Shown here: piece by piece, positions 38,828 to 50,112 of the stretch
Numbering within the stretch: the stretch's first letter is position 1
Layout of the letters: every line of letters starts with the position of its first letter
Source of the DNA: Candidatus Marinacidobacterales bacterium
GTDB taxonomy: Bacteria; Acidobacteriota; Vicinamibacteria; Marinacidobacterales; DATDRI01
Direction: 5' to 3'
NCBI GenBank assembly: GCA_965219415.1
Contig: CBDCNP010000002.1
Span: forward strand, 480,001 to 544,000
Length of the DNA stretch: 64,000 nt
Notes under the pieces: model-generated
Databases searched by the model: none
What the model was told of the DNA's origin: nothing
What the model saw: the letters and a program-made list of their open reading frames with translations, nothing else
Program-made: the position numbers and the translations under genes

Positions 38828-40006
38828 ATGCCACTTACGAGACGGAGTATGTTGAAGAACCTGGGAGTCGGCGCCGCGGGAATGTACGCGAGCTCGCTCG
38901 TCAGCACACGTTGGCAGGAGTCCATCGCCTTCGCCGCGGAGACCTCCCTGCCACTAGAGACTGTCATCAACCTGCACAACAACGAGAATCCCCTGGGCCC
39001 CGGGCAGCCCGTCCTGGACGCGGTCGACGGCGGCCTCGGTTCCGATGGCGCCAAGACGGGTCGCTATCCGTTCGCCTATGGGGACGCGCTTCACGAGGCG
39101 ATCGCTGCGAAATTCGGAGTGAAGCCCGAGAATGTCCTGATCGGGGCGGGCTCGACGCAGATCCTGGTGGACGCCACTCACGTCTACACTTCGAAGGAAA
39201 AGGCCCTGGTGGGATCTCTCCCCACCTATGAAGAGTGCTTCGGCTACGCACGCTTCATGGGTCACCGCTCCAAGGCCGTCCCACTGACGAGCGAGTTCCG
39301 TATGGATCTGGATCAGACGCTCCACGCCTGCAAGGGAGGGGGGCTTCTCTTCTACTGCAACCCCAACAACCCCGCCGCCTCAATCGTCGCCCCCAGCGAC
39401 ACGAAGGAGTTCATTCCCCGCGTCTTGAAGGCGACGTCCGATCTCCACATCCTCGCAGATGAAGCGTATTTCGACTACGTAACGACACCCGGGCATGAAA
39501 CGCTCATCCCGATGGCGGTCCAAGAACCCCGACTCATCGTGTCCCGTACCTTTTCCAAGGCGTACGGGATGGCCGGTCTTCGGGTCGGCTATGCCATCGC
39601 CCATGAGAAGACCATCGAAGAGCTCGAGAAGTTCCACATGACGCTCGGGGTCAGCGGCTTGAGCTATGCCGCCGCCATCGGCGCGCTGGAGCGCGATCAA
39701 AAGGATCCTTCTTTCATTACTAATGAACGCGCTCGGAATCGGAAGGCGCGGGACTATACGCGCAGCTGGTTCCACGAACGGGGGTACAAGGATACCGACT
39801 CGCAGGCGAACTTCCTCTTCGTCGACGTCCAGATGCCGGTGGAGGATTTCCAGGCTGGATGTCGGGAGCACGGTGTGAGGGTGGGACGTCCTTTCCCACC
39901 GCTGTGGACGCACTGCCGCACCTCGATAGGAACCTTGGAGCAGATGCAGAGAGCCACCAAGGTGTTCGAGAAGGTACTGGGCGCGAGGGCTAAGGCCGCC
40001 GCGTAG
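38828..40006 (+). CDS. Tat-signal HisC-like PLP aminotransferase, tandem paralog
   Basis: AAGGAGG RBS, ATG 38828, TRRSMLK signal, NNENPLGP, CNPNNP, DEAY, RTFSKAYGMAGLR. Confidence 0.9.
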   Translation: MPLTRRSMLKNLGVGAAGMYASSLVSTRWQESIAFAAETSLPLETVINLHNNENPLGPGQPVLDAVDGGLGSDGAKTGRYPFAYGDALHEAIAAKFGVKPENVLIGAGSTQILVDATHVYTSKEKALVGSLPTYEECFGYARFMGHRSKAVPLTSEFRMDLDQTLHACKGGGLLFYCNPNNPAASIVAPSDTKEFIPRVLKATSDLHILADEAYFDYVTTPGHETLIPMAVQEPRLIVSRTFSKAYGMAGLRVGYAIAHEKTIEELEKFHMTLGVSGLSYAAAIGALERDQKDPSFITNERARNRKARDYTRSWFHERGYKDTDSQANFLFVDVQMPVEDFQAGCREHGVRVGRPFPPLWTHCRTSIGTLEQMQRATKVFEKVLGARAKAAA

Positions 40007-40040
40007 ACGGAGCTTCGCTGCTGCGCTGACTGGTTAGGCG

Positions 40041-41054
40041 CTATTCACCGGGGCGCACCTTCACCGGATCCAAGAACGGGATCATCTCCCGGAGCTCCGC
40101 GCCGACCCTCTCGAGGAGCTGCTCCTGCTCGGTGGCGCGAATCTTGTTGAACTCCGGCCGTCCCGCCTTGTTCTCTTCGATCCATCCTCGCGCGTAGGTC
40201 CCATCCTTGATGTCACAGAGCATTTTTTCCATCTCTTTGATGGTCCCCTCGTTCACCACGCGCGGACCTCCCGTGTAGTCGCCATGCTCGGCGGTGTCGC
40301 TGACCGAATAACGCATGTAGTTCAAGCCGCCCCGGTACATCAGGTCGACGATGAGCTTCAACTCGTGAAGGCACTCGAAATAGGCCACCTCGGGCTGATA
40401 GCCAGCCTTCACCAGCGTGTTGAAACCGGCCTTGACGAGAGCCGACACGCCGCCGCAAAGCACGGCTTGCTCACCGAAAAGGTCGGTCTCGGTCTCCTCC
40501 GCAAAAGTCGTGACCAAGACGCCGGCCCGCGTGGCACCGAGGGCCTTGGCGTAGGAAAGCGCCTGCGCTTCCGCTTGTCCACTAGCGTCTTGCTCCACCG
40601 CCAAAAGTGCCGGAGTCCCCTGCTGAGCCGTGTAAGTCTCACGCACACGGTGTCCCGGGGCCTTGGGCGCGATCATGCTGACATCGATATTCTTCGGAGG
40701 GGTGATCGTCCCGTACCTAATGTTGAACCCGTGGCTAAACATCAAGGTGTTGCCCAATTCCAAGTGAGGCTCGATCTCCTCCTCGTAGATTTTCGGCTGC
40801 TTGGTGTCGGGAGCGAGCACCATGATGACGTCGGCCCACTTGGAAGCTTCCGCGACGTCGGTAACCTCGACGCCCTGTTCTTTCGCGATGGCGCGACGCT
40901 TACTGTCCAGCCTCAAAGCGACGCGGACCGATACTCCACTGTCCTGCAGATTCAAGGCGTGCGCGTGGCCCTGCGACCCGTAGCCGATGATGGCGACTTT
41001 TTTCTCCCGGATGAGCGAGAGATCCGCATCCTTATCGTAGAAGATCCTTGCCAT
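40041..41054 (-). CDS. ilvC: Ketol-acid reductoisomerase
   Basis: [51 protein letters not shown]. Confidence 0.97.
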   Translation of the reverse strand: MARIFYDKDADLSLIREKKVAIIGYGSQGHAHALNLQDSGVSVRVALRLDSKRRAIAKEQGVEVTDVAEASKWADVIMVLAPDTKQPKIYEEEIEPHLELGNTLMFSHGFNIRYGTITPPKNIDVSMIAPKAPGHRVRETYTAQQGTPALLAVEQDASGQAEAQALSYAKALGATRAGVLVTTFAEETETDLFGEQAVLCGGVSALVKAGFNTLVKAGYQPEVAYFECLHELKLIVDLMYRGGLNYMRYSVSDTAEHGDYTGGPRVVNEGTIKEMEKMLCDIKDGTYARGWIEENKAGRPEFNKIRATEQEQLLERVGAELREMIPFLDPVKVRPGE

Positions 41055-41079
41055 AAAACGTTGCTCCTTTTCGAGTCCC

Positions 41080-41673
41080 TTAGTTGGTCGCGGGATGGGC
41101 GCGTTCTTGGGCCGCCCCATTCGGAAGACGCGCATGGACGAATCCGGGCTGGACGCTGGTAGCCTCGGATCCACGCTTCATCGCAACCGTGCCGGTGCGC
41201 GCCATTTCGATGATACCGAATGGCCGCAGCACATCCAGAAGTCCATCGATCTTGTCCTCGGTGCCGGTGATCTCCACCATCAGGGCATCGGTCGTAACGT
41301 CCACGACGCGGGCCCGGAATACTTCGACGATCTGGAGTACCTGGGGACGCTCCTCCGCCGTGGCGCCGACTTTGATGAGCGCCAGATCCCGCATCACCGC
41401 GGGGCTCAGGCTCACGTCCTCGACTCGCAATACATTGACCAGCTTGTAGAGGTTAGCCTCCACGAGTCGGGCAGCGTTGGCATCAGCGTCCATCACGATC
41501 GTCATTCGGGAAACGCCGGGTTGATCCGAATGACCAACCGCCAGCGAGTCGATGTTGAAATTCCGTCGGCGGAACAAAGACACGGCGCGATTGAGAACAC
41601 CGGGTTTGTCCTCGACGTAGACGACGAATGTCCGGAGTGACCTCGACTTGGATTGATTCCCATTATTTGGCAC
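41080..41673 (-). CDS. ilvN: Acetolactate synthase small (regulatory) subunit
   Basis: [29 protein letters not shown]. Confidence 0.95.
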   Translation of the reverse strand: MPNNGNQSKSRSLRTFVVYVEDKPGVLNRAVSLFRRRNFNIDSLAVGHSDQPGVSRMTIVMDADANAARLVEANLYKLVNVLRVEDVSLSPAVMRDLALIKVGATAEERPQVLQIVEVFRARVVDVTTDALMVEITGTEDKIDGLLDVLRPFGIIEMARTGTVAMKRGSEATSVQPGFVHARLPNGAAQERAHPATN

Positions 41674-41680
41674 TTTGTCC

Positions 41681-43390
41681 CTACTTTTCTTTCTCGGCTA
41701 GTGGCAATGGCCGACGAATCATTTTATGGAGATCGGCTCCGGCCGGAACCATGGGGAAGACGGTGTCTTCCTTCTCCACTTTGAAATCGATGACTACCGA
41801 GCCATGCTCGGCGCGGGCTTGCGCGACCGCGTCCTTGATCTCGTCGCGGCGTTCCACTCGCACCCCCGTCAAACCATGCGCCTCGGCGAGCTTGACGAAG
41901 TCCGGGTTACGCATGGGTGTCGCGCTGTACCTTCCACCGTAAAAAAACTCTTGCCACTGCCGCACTAGACCGAGGTAGCCGTTGTTGATGATTGCGACGT
42001 TGACCTTGAGTTCTTCTTGCGCGCAGGTGGAAAACTCCGCGGCGGTCATCTGGATGCCGCCGTCGCCTACGATTGCCCATACTTCCTCGTCGGGCATGGC
42101 CATCTTCGCGCCGATTGCGGCGGGGAGCGCGAAACCCATGGTGCCGAGCCCACCCGATGTAATGAGCTTTTTCGGGTAGTCGTGCTTGTAGTACTGCGCT
42201 TCCCACATCTGATGCTGCCCGACGTCGGTGACGACGAGTGCCTTTCCTTCGGTGTAAGTCCAAAGGTCGTTCATGACGTGTGCGGCGTAGAGGTGACCGC
42301 TGTCGGCGAGATGGAGCACGTCGCGTACCGCCGCGTCGCCTTTGAGATCGCGGACTCGTTCGTGCCATTCCGCGCGATCGCGCGACTCTGCGCCCTCGAG
42401 AAAGACTTCGAGGGTCTCTCGTAGATCACCGACGATTCCCACGTCGACCTTGATGTTCTTATTGATCTCGGACGCGTCGATCTCGACATGGATCTTTCGG
42501 GCGTTGACCGCATAAGTCTGCGGGTTGCCGATGACTCGGTCATCGAAACGCATACCGAACGCCAACAACAGATCCGCTTCCTGAATCGCGTTGTTGACCC
42601 AGGCTTCTCCGTGCATGCCCATCATACCGAGGCTCAGTGGATGGCTGGCGGGGAATCCACCCAGGCCCAAGAGTGTCGAGGCAACCGGAATACGTGTCTT
42701 CTCGACGAAATCCAGGAGCACCTGGGTGGCACCGGACATGAGGACTCCGTGTCCAGCGAGGATGATGGGACGCTTCGCCTCGTTGATGAGCTCGATCGAT
42801 TTTTCGAAGTCTTCGGGAAGAGCACGCAGGTCGGGCCGATAACCCGGCAGTCGCACCGGTGAGTTGTTCCACTCGAACTCGCAGCTACCCTGCTGGGCAT
42901 CTTTGGAGATGTCCACCAGCACCGGCCCGGGCCGACCGGAGTTTGCGAGATACAGCGCCTCTCTCAGTGATCCGGCAATCTCTTCGGTGCGCGTTACCAA
43001 GTAACTGTGTTTTGTGATGGGAAGCGTGATTCCCGTGACGTCCACCTCTTGGAAGGCGTCGGTGCCAATCGCTCCACTCGGAACTTGTCCCGTTATGCAG
43101 AGGATCGGTGATGAATCGAGCCTCGCCGTCGCGATGCCGGTGACAAGGTTCGTGGCGCCTGGACCGGACGTCGCGATGGCGACGCCGACGCGCCCTGAGG
43201 CGCGGGCGTACCCATCGGCCATATGGGCCGCACCCTGCTCGTGTCGGACCAGAACGTGCCGAACGGAATCGGAATAGTCGACGAGGGCGTCATACGCGGG
43301 AAGGATGGCCCCTCCCGGATAGCCGAAGACGACCTCTATCCCCCCTCGTTTCAACACTTCCCAGATGATCTGTGCGCCGGTTCGCTGCAT
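41681..43390 (-). CDS. ilvB: Acetolactate synthase large subunit
   Basis: FGYPGGAILP, RHEQGA, TSGPGATN, GDGG TPP-binding motif, NNGYLG. Confidence 0.97.
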   Translation of the reverse strand: MQRTGAQIIWEVLKRGGIEVVFGYPGGAILPAYDALVDYSDSVRHVLVRHEQGAAHMADGYARASGRVGVAIATSGPGATNLVTGIATARLDSSPILCITGQVPSGAIGTDAFQEVDVTGITLPITKHSYLVTRTEEIAGSLREALYLANSGRPGPVLVDISKDAQQGSCEFEWNNSPVRLPGYRPDLRALPEDFEKSIELINEAKRPIILAGHGVLMSGATQVLLDFVEKTRIPVASTLLGLGGFPASHPLSLGMMGMHGEAWVNNAIQEADLLLAFGMRFDDRVIGNPQTYAVNARKIHVEIDASEINKNIKVDVGIVGDLRETLEVFLEGAESRDRAEWHERVRDLKGDAAVRDVLHLADSGHLYAAHVMNDLWTYTEGKALVVTDVGQHQMWEAQYYKHDYPKKLITSGGLGTMGFALPAAIGAKMAMPDEEVWAIVGDGGIQMTAAEFSTCAQEELKVNVAIINNGYLGLVRQWQEFFYGGRYSATPMRNPDFVKLAEAHGLTGVRVERRDEIKDAVAQARAEHGSVVIDFKVEKEDTVFPMVPAGADLHKMIRRPLPLAEKEK

Positions 43391-43420
43391 TTTGGCTGCC
43401 TGGCCTTCCCTAGAATCAAG

Positions 43421-43444
43421 TACCGACCGACCGACCGGTCGGTA
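43421..43444. promoter_or_regulatory. Palindromic operator-like site upstream of ilvB
   Basis: Perfect 14-bp palindrome ACCGACCGGTCGGT (43430-43443) preceded by extra ACCG units. Confidence 0.45.
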
Positions 43445-43494
43445 ATCTCTAATTTAGCGCGCCTCGCCCCCGGGGTCAAGTTCGTAGGCGAACC

Positions 43495-44985
43495 CTAGAC
43501 CAGCCCGAGAAGGGTCAGCACGGAGAAGACCGCGTAGCCGACATAGAAAAGGCTGGTCAGGGCCATCAGGGCTGTCATGATCCATCCAGGCTTCGCCGCC
43601 GGTGGAAGAAACCGCCGGTTCATCACCAGGGTCAAAGGACAATAGATGGCCATCGCGATCCCCCCAGAGAAGCCGGCCAGGAACAGGAAGCTCTGAGCCC
43701 GGGTACTGGTTTCCAATACGTAGGTCAGAAAACAACCGAGAAGAATCCACGCACCGGCCACCACCGCATACCAGAAACCGAGGGGGCGCTTTCGAGCCGC
43801 GGCGAAATTTGTGTGGAGGATGTCGGACAAGCTGCGCGCGACCCCGTCCACCAGAGTCAGTTGAGTGGACAGAAGCGTCGCGACCGCAACGAGCAGAAAT
43901 ACGGTGGTAAGGGGCGCAAATACGTTTCCCAAGGCGACCGCCTCCAACGCGAGAAAACTGATCTCCTTCCCTTCATAGAAAGCCTGCAGCCCTTCCCACT
44001 CGACGGTGCCGGATTGTGTCAATGGGTAGACCACGGCCAGCGAGGCAAAGATGAATAGCAGGATGGTGAAGTTGCTCAGAAACCAGAAGAAGAGGACCTG
44101 CTCTCGAACCGCGTGAAGCCACCAGCGTCGCCACCGATTGCGATTCTCCGCATCGTCGGGGAAACGATAGCCGGTAAGAGACTCCCTCGGTTCGCGGTCG
44201 CGAAGAATGTTGGTCAAGACGGGGATGCGCCCCCCCATCCCCATGTTCTTGTCGCGTAAGTAGAAACAGAAAAAAAGATTCGCCGTCCCTCCGGCGCCGG
44301 CGAATACGATCCAGCTAAAAAACTGGGGGTAACTCACGGCCGGTTCCTTGTGCCCTAGGTTAACGGCTCCCTTCGCGACGGCGAGCCAAAGATCACTTCT
44401 ACCGAGCAACACCGCGAGGATGAGCAACCCGACGACCGCAACGACGATCATCAATGAAGTCCATCGCTCTACCGATCGATAGATCACCTTGGGACCGAAC
44501 AGCATGAGCGCCACAACGAAGAAGGTAAGAGCGGTCCACACCCAATCCGGCCCCCCTTCCATCGGCGTGACCTGCGGGCCGAGCACTAGCGCACGAAGCG
44601 CCTCCCCACAACTTCGGGCCCAGCCGGGCAAGAGCCATGACGTGACGTTGAGAAGCAAGAACACGAATGCAAAGCCGCGCCACAATCGAGCGTAACCGGT
44701 GTACGCGGTCTCGCCGGTGGCCAGCGCGTAGCGCGCGACCTCAAGGTTGATGACCATTTGCAGAAGAATCCCGATGCCGGCCGCCCATATCATTCCGGTG
44801 CCGTAGCGTCCGACGGCGGTCGGCCAGATTATTAACTCGCCCGCTCCAATAGATAGGCCAACCAAGACCGCGCCGGGCCCAACCAATCGCCAAAAATTGC
44901 CCGGGTAAGGAGGTAGTTCGGCGGACGCGAGGGGCGGAAGGGGCGATCCACTGCGTCGTCGTTGCTTAGCGGTGTCGTCCTGCAT
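43495..44985 (-). CDS. Nramp-superfamily (APC-fold) transporter-like membrane protein
   Basis: [29 protein letters not shown]; about 11 TM segments. Confidence 0.8.
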   Translation of the reverse strand: MQDDTAKQRRRSGSPLPPLASAELPPYPGNFWRLVGPGAVLVGLSIGAGELIIWPTAVGRYGTGMIWAAGIGILLQMVINLEVARYALATGETAYTGYARLWRGFAFVFLLLNVTSWLLPGWARSCGEALRALVLGPQVTPMEGGPDWVWTALTFFVVALMLFGPKVIYRSVERWTSLMIVVAVVGLLILAVLLGRSDLWLAVAKGAVNLGHKEPAVSYPQFFSWIVFAGAGGTANLFFCFYLRDKNMGMGGRIPVLTNILRDREPRESLTGYRFPDDAENRNRWRRWWLHAVREQVLFFWFLSNFTILLFIFASLAVVYPLTQSGTVEWEGLQAFYEGKEISFLALEAVALGNVFAPLTTVFLLVAVATLLSTQLTLVDGVARSLSDILHTNFAAARKRPLGFWYAVVAGAWILLGCFLTYVLETSTRAQSFLFLAGFSGGIAMAIYCPLTLVMNRRFLPPAAKPGWIMTALMALTSLFYVGYAVFSVLTLLGLV

Positions 44986-45102
44986 GCCTTTCCGATTGGA
45001 AAACGCAGACTATCGACTCGCTCGGACGTAATCAAATGTGCGAGAGCACAAGCGCCCGCCGACGTCGACCCCGTGATGTATACTCCGGCGAGGGAGAAAA
45101 AC

Positions 45103-46755
45103 ATGCGTAGCGATGCTGTGAAAACAGGACTTTCCCGCGCGCCGGCTCGGGCGATGCTCAAAGCCACTGGCCTCACCGACGAGGACTTGGCGCGGCCGCT
45201 CGTCGCCGTCGCCAATACTTGGACCGAAGTCACTCCCTGCAACTTTCATCTGCGCCGGCTCGCCGAAAAAGTAAAAGAGGGCGTTCGCTCCGCCGGAGGC
45301 ACGCCGATCGAGTTCAATACCATCACCGTTTCCGACGGCATCGCGATGGGCTCGGAAGGAATGAAGGCATCGCTGGTTTCGAGAGAAATCGTCGCTGATT
45401 CAATCGAGCTCGCGGTAAACGGACACCTCTTCGATGCGGTCGTCGCCATCTCCGGATGCGACAAAACCATCCCCGGGACGGTGATGGCCTTGGTTCGCTT
45501 GGACCTCCCCTCCCTCATGCTTTACGGGGGCTCCATCCTTCCGGGTACTTTTCAAGGACGAGACGTGACGATCCAAGATGTGTTTGAAGCCGTTGGAGCG
45601 TGTGCCGCAGGCCGAATGACGGAGGCCGAGCTCCACGAGCTCGAAGACAACGCTTGTCCAGGCGCGGGCGCATGTGGCGGTCAATTCACGGCCAATACGA
45701 TGTCCACCGCCATGACGATGCTCGGCATCTCACCCATGGGGGTGAACGATATCCCGGCGGTGGCGAAGGAGAAAGACGCCGCGGCCTTCCGCTGCGGTGA
45801 GCTCGTCATGGCGCTTCTCGAAAAAGGCGTCCGGCCTAGTCAAATCATTACCCGCCCGGCGCTCGAGAACGCCATCGCCTCGGTTGCCGCCACCGGCGGT
45901 TCGACCAACGCGGTCCTTCATCTTTTGGCCATTGCCCGAGAAGCGGGTGTGCCTCTGGAATTGGAGGACTTCGATACCATCGCCGCCAAGACGCCGATCA
46001 TTGCCGACCTCAAACCCGGAGGACGCTTTACCGCTCCCGATCTCGAGCGAGCCGGCGGATTACGCCTCTTGACGCAGCGCCTAATGGATGGAGGTTTCTT
46101 GACCGATCACCCCACGGTCAGTGGCCGCACACTCTTCGAGGAGGCGAAGCTTGCCAAAGAGACGGCCGGGCAAACCGTCATCCGTCCTGTAGCGGAGCCG
46201 CTCAAAGCCTCGGGCGGCTTCGCGATCTTGCACGGGTCGCTCGCCCCCGAAGGGTGCGTGGTCAAGCTCGCGGGGCATGACAGAGTTCAACACGAAGGAC
46301 CGGCACGCGTCTTCGAACGCGAGGAGGACGCCTTTGAAGCCGTGCAGAGTGGTGCGATAAACCCAGGCGATGTCGTCGTGATTCGCTACGAAGGTCCCAA
46401 AGGCGGTCCGGGTATGCGGGAGATGCTCGCGGTGACGGCGGCGTTGGTTGGCCAAGGGCTAGGAGACTCTGTCGCACTCATCACCGATGGCCGCTTCAGT
46501 GGAGCGACGCACGGGCTCATGGTCGGGCACGTCGCGCCCGAAGCAGCGGCCGGCGGCCCCATTGCCTTCGTGCAAAACGGCGATACGATTCGATTCGATA
46601 TCGAAGGACGTCGGCTGGACCTCGACGCAAACTTGGAGGACCGCCGCGCCCGCTGGAAACCGCCTACGACCACAAAACCGAAGGGCGTGATGGCCAAGTA
46701 CGCGCAGCTGGTGTCCTCAGCCTCCGACGGCGCGGTCACGACCGCGACGGGTTGA
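45103..46755 (+). CDS. ilvD: Dihydroxy-acid dehydratase
   Basis: [50 protein letters not shown]. Confidence 0.97.
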   Translation: MRSDAVKTGLSRAPARAMLKATGLTDEDLARPLVAVANTWTEVTPCNFHLRRLAEKVKEGVRSAGGTPIEFNTITVSDGIAMGSEGMKASLVSREIVADSIELAVNGHLFDAVVAISGCDKTIPGTVMALVRLDLPSLMLYGGSILPGTFQGRDVTIQDVFEAVGACAAGRMTEAELHELEDNACPGAGACGGQFTANTMSTAMTMLGISPMGVNDIPAVAKEKDAAAFRCGELVMALLEKGVRPSQIITRPALENAIASVAATGGSTNAVLHLLAIAREAGVPLELEDFDTIAAKTPIIADLKPGGRFTAPDLERAGGLRLLTQRLMDGGFLTDHPTVSGRTLFEEAKLAKETAGQTVIRPVAEPLKASGGFAILHGSLAPEGCVVKLAGHDRVQHEGPARVFEREEDAFEAVQSGAINPGDVVVIRYEGPKGGPGMREMLAVTAALVGQGLGDSVALITDGRFSGATHGLMVGHVAPEAAAGGPIAFVQNGDTIRFDIEGRRLDLDANLEDRRARWKPPTTTKPKGVMAKYAQLVSSASDGAVTTATG

Positions 46756-46758
46756 CGT

Positions 46759-47715
46759 TTAGTCCCGGCCAAACATTTTCATGATCTCCAGGAAAAGTAT
46801 GCTCTCCTCGTCGCCGAGCACGAGGGCGGTGTCCGCATGATCGTGGTCCTCGAGTACCAGAAACTCCGCTCGAGAACCCATTGCCTTTAGCCGTTTTACG
46901 AACAGCCGAGGTGAGTCATGGAGAATCGCCTCACCTGTTCCCGCGGAGAAGAAAACGACTGGAGGCGCGGTGTCGATGTTCTGGAGGGGATCGGCTTCCT
47001 GGCGAAGCGCGGGATCGGCGACGTAAGCATTACCTTCCGCCTTTCTTATCGCGTAGACTCCGCCACCGAGGGCTGCCTCGGGGTCCCCGACAACGATGGA
47101 CGTGCTGATGGGAGCGCAACCCTTGATGAGATCCGCGGGTAGCCTCTTCTCTTTGAGCCACCCTCCCCGTACGCAGACTTCGGCGGCCAATATTCCCCCC
47201 GCTGAATGCCCACCGACATAAATGTGATCCGGATCACCTCCGTAATTGGCAATGTTCCGATACAACCAGGACAATGCCGACCGGATGTCCTCGGGTTGGC
47301 TGGGATAGTAGAAGCCCTGCGGAGTGAGTCGATAGCTGGTGACGGCGGTGATGAAGCCTCGCTTGGCGAAAGGACCGGCAACGTATCCGTAGTGGCTGCG
47401 ATCCCCTTCTCGAAAACCTCCTCCGTGAATGAACAGGAACACCGGCGCCTTGGTGGGTTTCTCTTCGGGGAAGTACAAGTCGAGCTTCTGCTTCTCGTGC
47501 TCCCCAAAGGCGAGATCGAGAGTGTGCGGAAGCTTCTTTCTGGTTTTCGCTGTCCAGTCGTCGAGCATGTCATAGAAGGCGACCCAATCGATCTCGAACG
47601 TGTCGGCATGCGTATACGTGTAGTACTGCGTCTTCTCTTGCGCCTCCCCGGGTGACGGGAGCAGGAGAACGCTACTAAACAAGAGAGTCTTCGCAAGCGG
47701 TTTCGGATTCAGCAA
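46759..47715 (-). CDS. Secreted alpha/beta hydrolase, paralog of 2954-3871
   Basis: IDWVAFYD, QKLDLY, HGGG, GHSAG. Confidence 0.88.
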   Translation of the reverse strand: MLNPKPLAKTLLFSSVLLLPSPGEAQEKTQYYTYTHADTFEIDWVAFYDMLDDWTAKTRKKLPHTLDLAFGEHEKQKLDLYFPEEKPTKAPVFLFIHGGGFREGDRSHYGYVAGPFAKRGFITAVTSYRLTPQGFYYPSQPEDIRSALSWLYRNIANYGGDPDHIYVGGHSAGGILAAEVCVRGGWLKEKRLPADLIKGCAPISTSIVVGDPEAALGGGVYAIRKAEGNAYVADPALRQEADPLQNIDTAPPVVFFSAGTGEAILHDSPRLFVKRLKAMGSRAEFLVLEDHDHADTALVLGDEESILFLEIMKMFGRD

Positions 47716-47735
47716 TTTCGTTCCCTCCTTGGAAC

Positions 47736-48482
47736 CTAGCGGATCACCTTACCCTTAGAGCTCACCCGGTACGGCTCAGGCAACACAACCTCGACCTTTT
47801 TCCGGAAACCCTTCACTTCCCAGCCGAGTCGCTCTAAGGTTTCGGTGATGCGGGTCTGCACGCGGACAGAGTCCTCTTCGTCACTCACCAGAGCCTCTAA
47901 TAGCGGCTCGCGCGCACGTTCGTCGGCATGCACCTCGAGACACTCTACGGCAGAGATTCGCACCGTGTCATCCGGGCTTTTGAGGCAAGGGATCACACCT
48001 TCCACGACACCGCTCACGGGCATCGACTCGAGCGCCTTGATGATCTGGGTGGCCTTCTCTCCTCGAATGCGAACGGAATCGCCCTGGAAAAGGATCTCGA
48101 GGAGAAAAGGAACGACTTCTTCGTCGGGGCGGAGCGTGCTGAGAGCATCTATCGCCCACGTCAGTTGGTCGTGGCGACGGATATAGAGCTTCAACGGTTC
48201 GACCGCTTCTTGGCCGAAGCCGACGAGCACGTCGCGGACGTACCGTTTTTCGTCCTGATCGACTCCCAGGTTCTCGGTGGTCGCGGAGAAACGGCGCGCC
48301 AGTGAGTAGATCGCTTGGGAGGTGCCGATGGCTTTCAGCTTCTCGACCGCTTCCAAACGCGCGTCATGTTGTGCGTACCGCTCGAGGAGCGTCTTGGTGC
48401 TGCGGTTAATTCGTAGCCTGAGCCTTCCCTCCGCGCTCGTCAGATCTTTGAGCACGGAGAAGGCTGTTTCTACTATCGACAT
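47736..48482 (-). CDS. HEAT-repeat protein
   Basis: Helical repeats such as LKSPDDTVRISAVECL and EEDSVRVQTRI. Confidence 0.75.
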   Translation of the reverse strand: MSIVETAFSVLKDLTSAEGRLRLRINRSTKTLLERYAQHDARLEAVEKLKAIGTSQAIYSLARRFSATTENLGVDQDEKRYVRDVLVGFGQEAVEPLKLYIRRHDQLTWAIDALSTLRPDEEVVPFLLEILFQGDSVRIRGEKATQIIKALESMPVSGVVEGVIPCLKSPDDTVRISAVECLEVHADERAREPLLEALVSDEEDSVRVQTRITETLERLGWEVKGFRKKVEVVLPEPYRVSSKGKVIR

Positions 48483-48781
48483 TATCTCTTATAGCATTAA
48501 TTAGTGGTCGTTCGTCTCTTCGACTCACTCCCGGGCCTCGCTCTTCAATAAATGGAGCGGGGCCCCACCCCCACGCCTCATGCTCCGTCGCTGGCGCGAC
48601 TGGGCATGGGCTCAAGGCTGCGCTCGGCCTCACGCCACGGCCGAATCGTCCGCATTCGGGCTGCTTCGAGGGTATCAGATGTTCCCGGTATCACTTCGAA
48701 GCTACTCACCCCCAGGATAATTCCCTTGCGTCTAGAAAACTGCCCTAACAATTCCTCCCAGCCGGCGGCGCTACGCGCCGA

Positions 48782-50014
48782 CTATAACGCTAATTCAGCG
48801 GGTGCGCCCCCCAAGGCCTCGTCAAAAAAGTCCATGACCCGATTCCAGAAGATCCCGGGGGGTGGGTAGTTGTCGAAACCATGCTCGCCGCCTGGCAGCA
48901 ACCATCGTTCACTGGGTAGACCCGCCTCGCGGCGAAGATCGTCGAGATACTCGGAGTGGTAAGGCGGCACTTGATCGTCGGCGTCGCCGTGAATGAACAA
49001 CACCGGGGCCTGAATCTCGGTAATGACCTCGGCGGGACGGATGCTCATAAGATCGACGCCGGCGCGCCAACGAACCGCGACGCTGAGCGGATAGCGGAGC
49101 CACGTCCCCACGCCGCGCGAGCTCAACATCTCACCGGCGGCGGCCCAAAAGTCCGAGTAGGGTGCGTCGAGGGCCAAGGCGGCGAGGGCGGGGTCCTCGG
49201 CGGCGGCAAAGATGGCGGACGCCGCGCCGTTCGAGGTTCCAAAAACCACCACCCCATCCGGCCGGACCGATTCCTGTTGGCGGACCCACTTAGTGATGCT
49301 GGCTATATCGAGACGCTCGTTCACGGTAAAGGTCACGAAATCACCTTCACTCGCTCCTCGGCCGCTCAAATCCATGGTGAGAAAACCGTATCCGCGACGA
49401 TACCAGTGTTTCGCGCTCTCCAAACCTTGGAAACGCGATGCCCACAAGCCATGCACGAAGACGCCGACTCGCCCATCGCTCCCTTCGGGAGGCGGGACGA
49501 ACCAACCTCGAAGATTGAAACCGCTAGACGAGGCAACCTCCACGTCCTCGTAAGGAAGTCCCAGGTCCGCCGGGTTTCGGAGAAACGGTTTGAGCACCAA
49601 CTGAACATCCCGGGAGACCTCCCCCTCTCTCTCTACGGTCAGCCTCACCGCATCCCCCGCCTCGTACTCGCTGATAAACAGACTGTGAAGCTCTCTTCCG
49701 TCCAGAAACACAGTCCCATCGACGCGAGTGATCACGTCGCCGGACCGCAGTCCGATTTCCCGTCCCGACTCCCATGGTCTGCGGATTTGCAAGCCTTCGG
49801 GATTTTCCGAACGTTCGGTCCAACCCAGAAACGCAAAGCCGGGCACCGGCCCCCCGTCCCGAACCGGGGTCCCGAAGAAGTCCTCACCCGGAACACGGCG
49901 CTGTCCCGTGAGATACGAGAGCGCCATCCGATCCACGGTGTAGGCAGCGAATCCAAGGAGACCCACGAGCAAAACGGTGAGCAACTTCCAGACCCAACGG
50001 CGTTTGTGGCTCAA
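48782..50014 (-). CDS. Membrane-anchored PDZ + alpha/beta hydrolase
   Basis: N-terminal TM, PDZ (GLRSGDVITRVDG), LRGWFVPP, GTSNG nucleophile, HGDAD, GGEH. Confidence 0.85.
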   Translation of the reverse strand: MSHKRRWVWKLLTVLLVGLLGFAAYTVDRMALSYLTGQRRVPGEDFFGTPVRDGGPVPGFAFLGWTERSENPEGLQIRRPWESGREIGLRSGDVITRVDGTVFLDGRELHSLFISEYEAGDAVRLTVEREGEVSRDVQLVLKPFLRNPADLGLPYEDVEVASSSGFNLRGWFVPPPEGSDGRVGVFVHGLWASRFQGLESAKHWYRRGYGFLTMDLSGRGASEGDFVTFTVNERLDIASITKWVRQQESVRPDGVVVFGTSNGAASAIFAAAEDPALAALALDAPYSDFWAAAGEMLSSRGVGTWLRYPLSVAVRWRAGVDLMSIRPAEVITEIQAPVLFIHGDADDQVPPYHSEYLDDLRREAGLPSERWLLPGGEHGFDNYPPPGIFWNRVMDFFDEALGGAPAELAL

Positions 50015-50112
50015 GAACGTTCCTCCTTACATACAGGCTTAAGAGGGCATCATAGCCATCGGGCGCCGACCGAGCAAAGCGGCGTGACTGTGCTACATTA
50101 GCCCTTCGCTTC

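Noticed and set aside
37627-40006. hisC assignment
   Set aside because: Twin-arginine export signals and the absence of other his genes argue against a housekeeping HisC.
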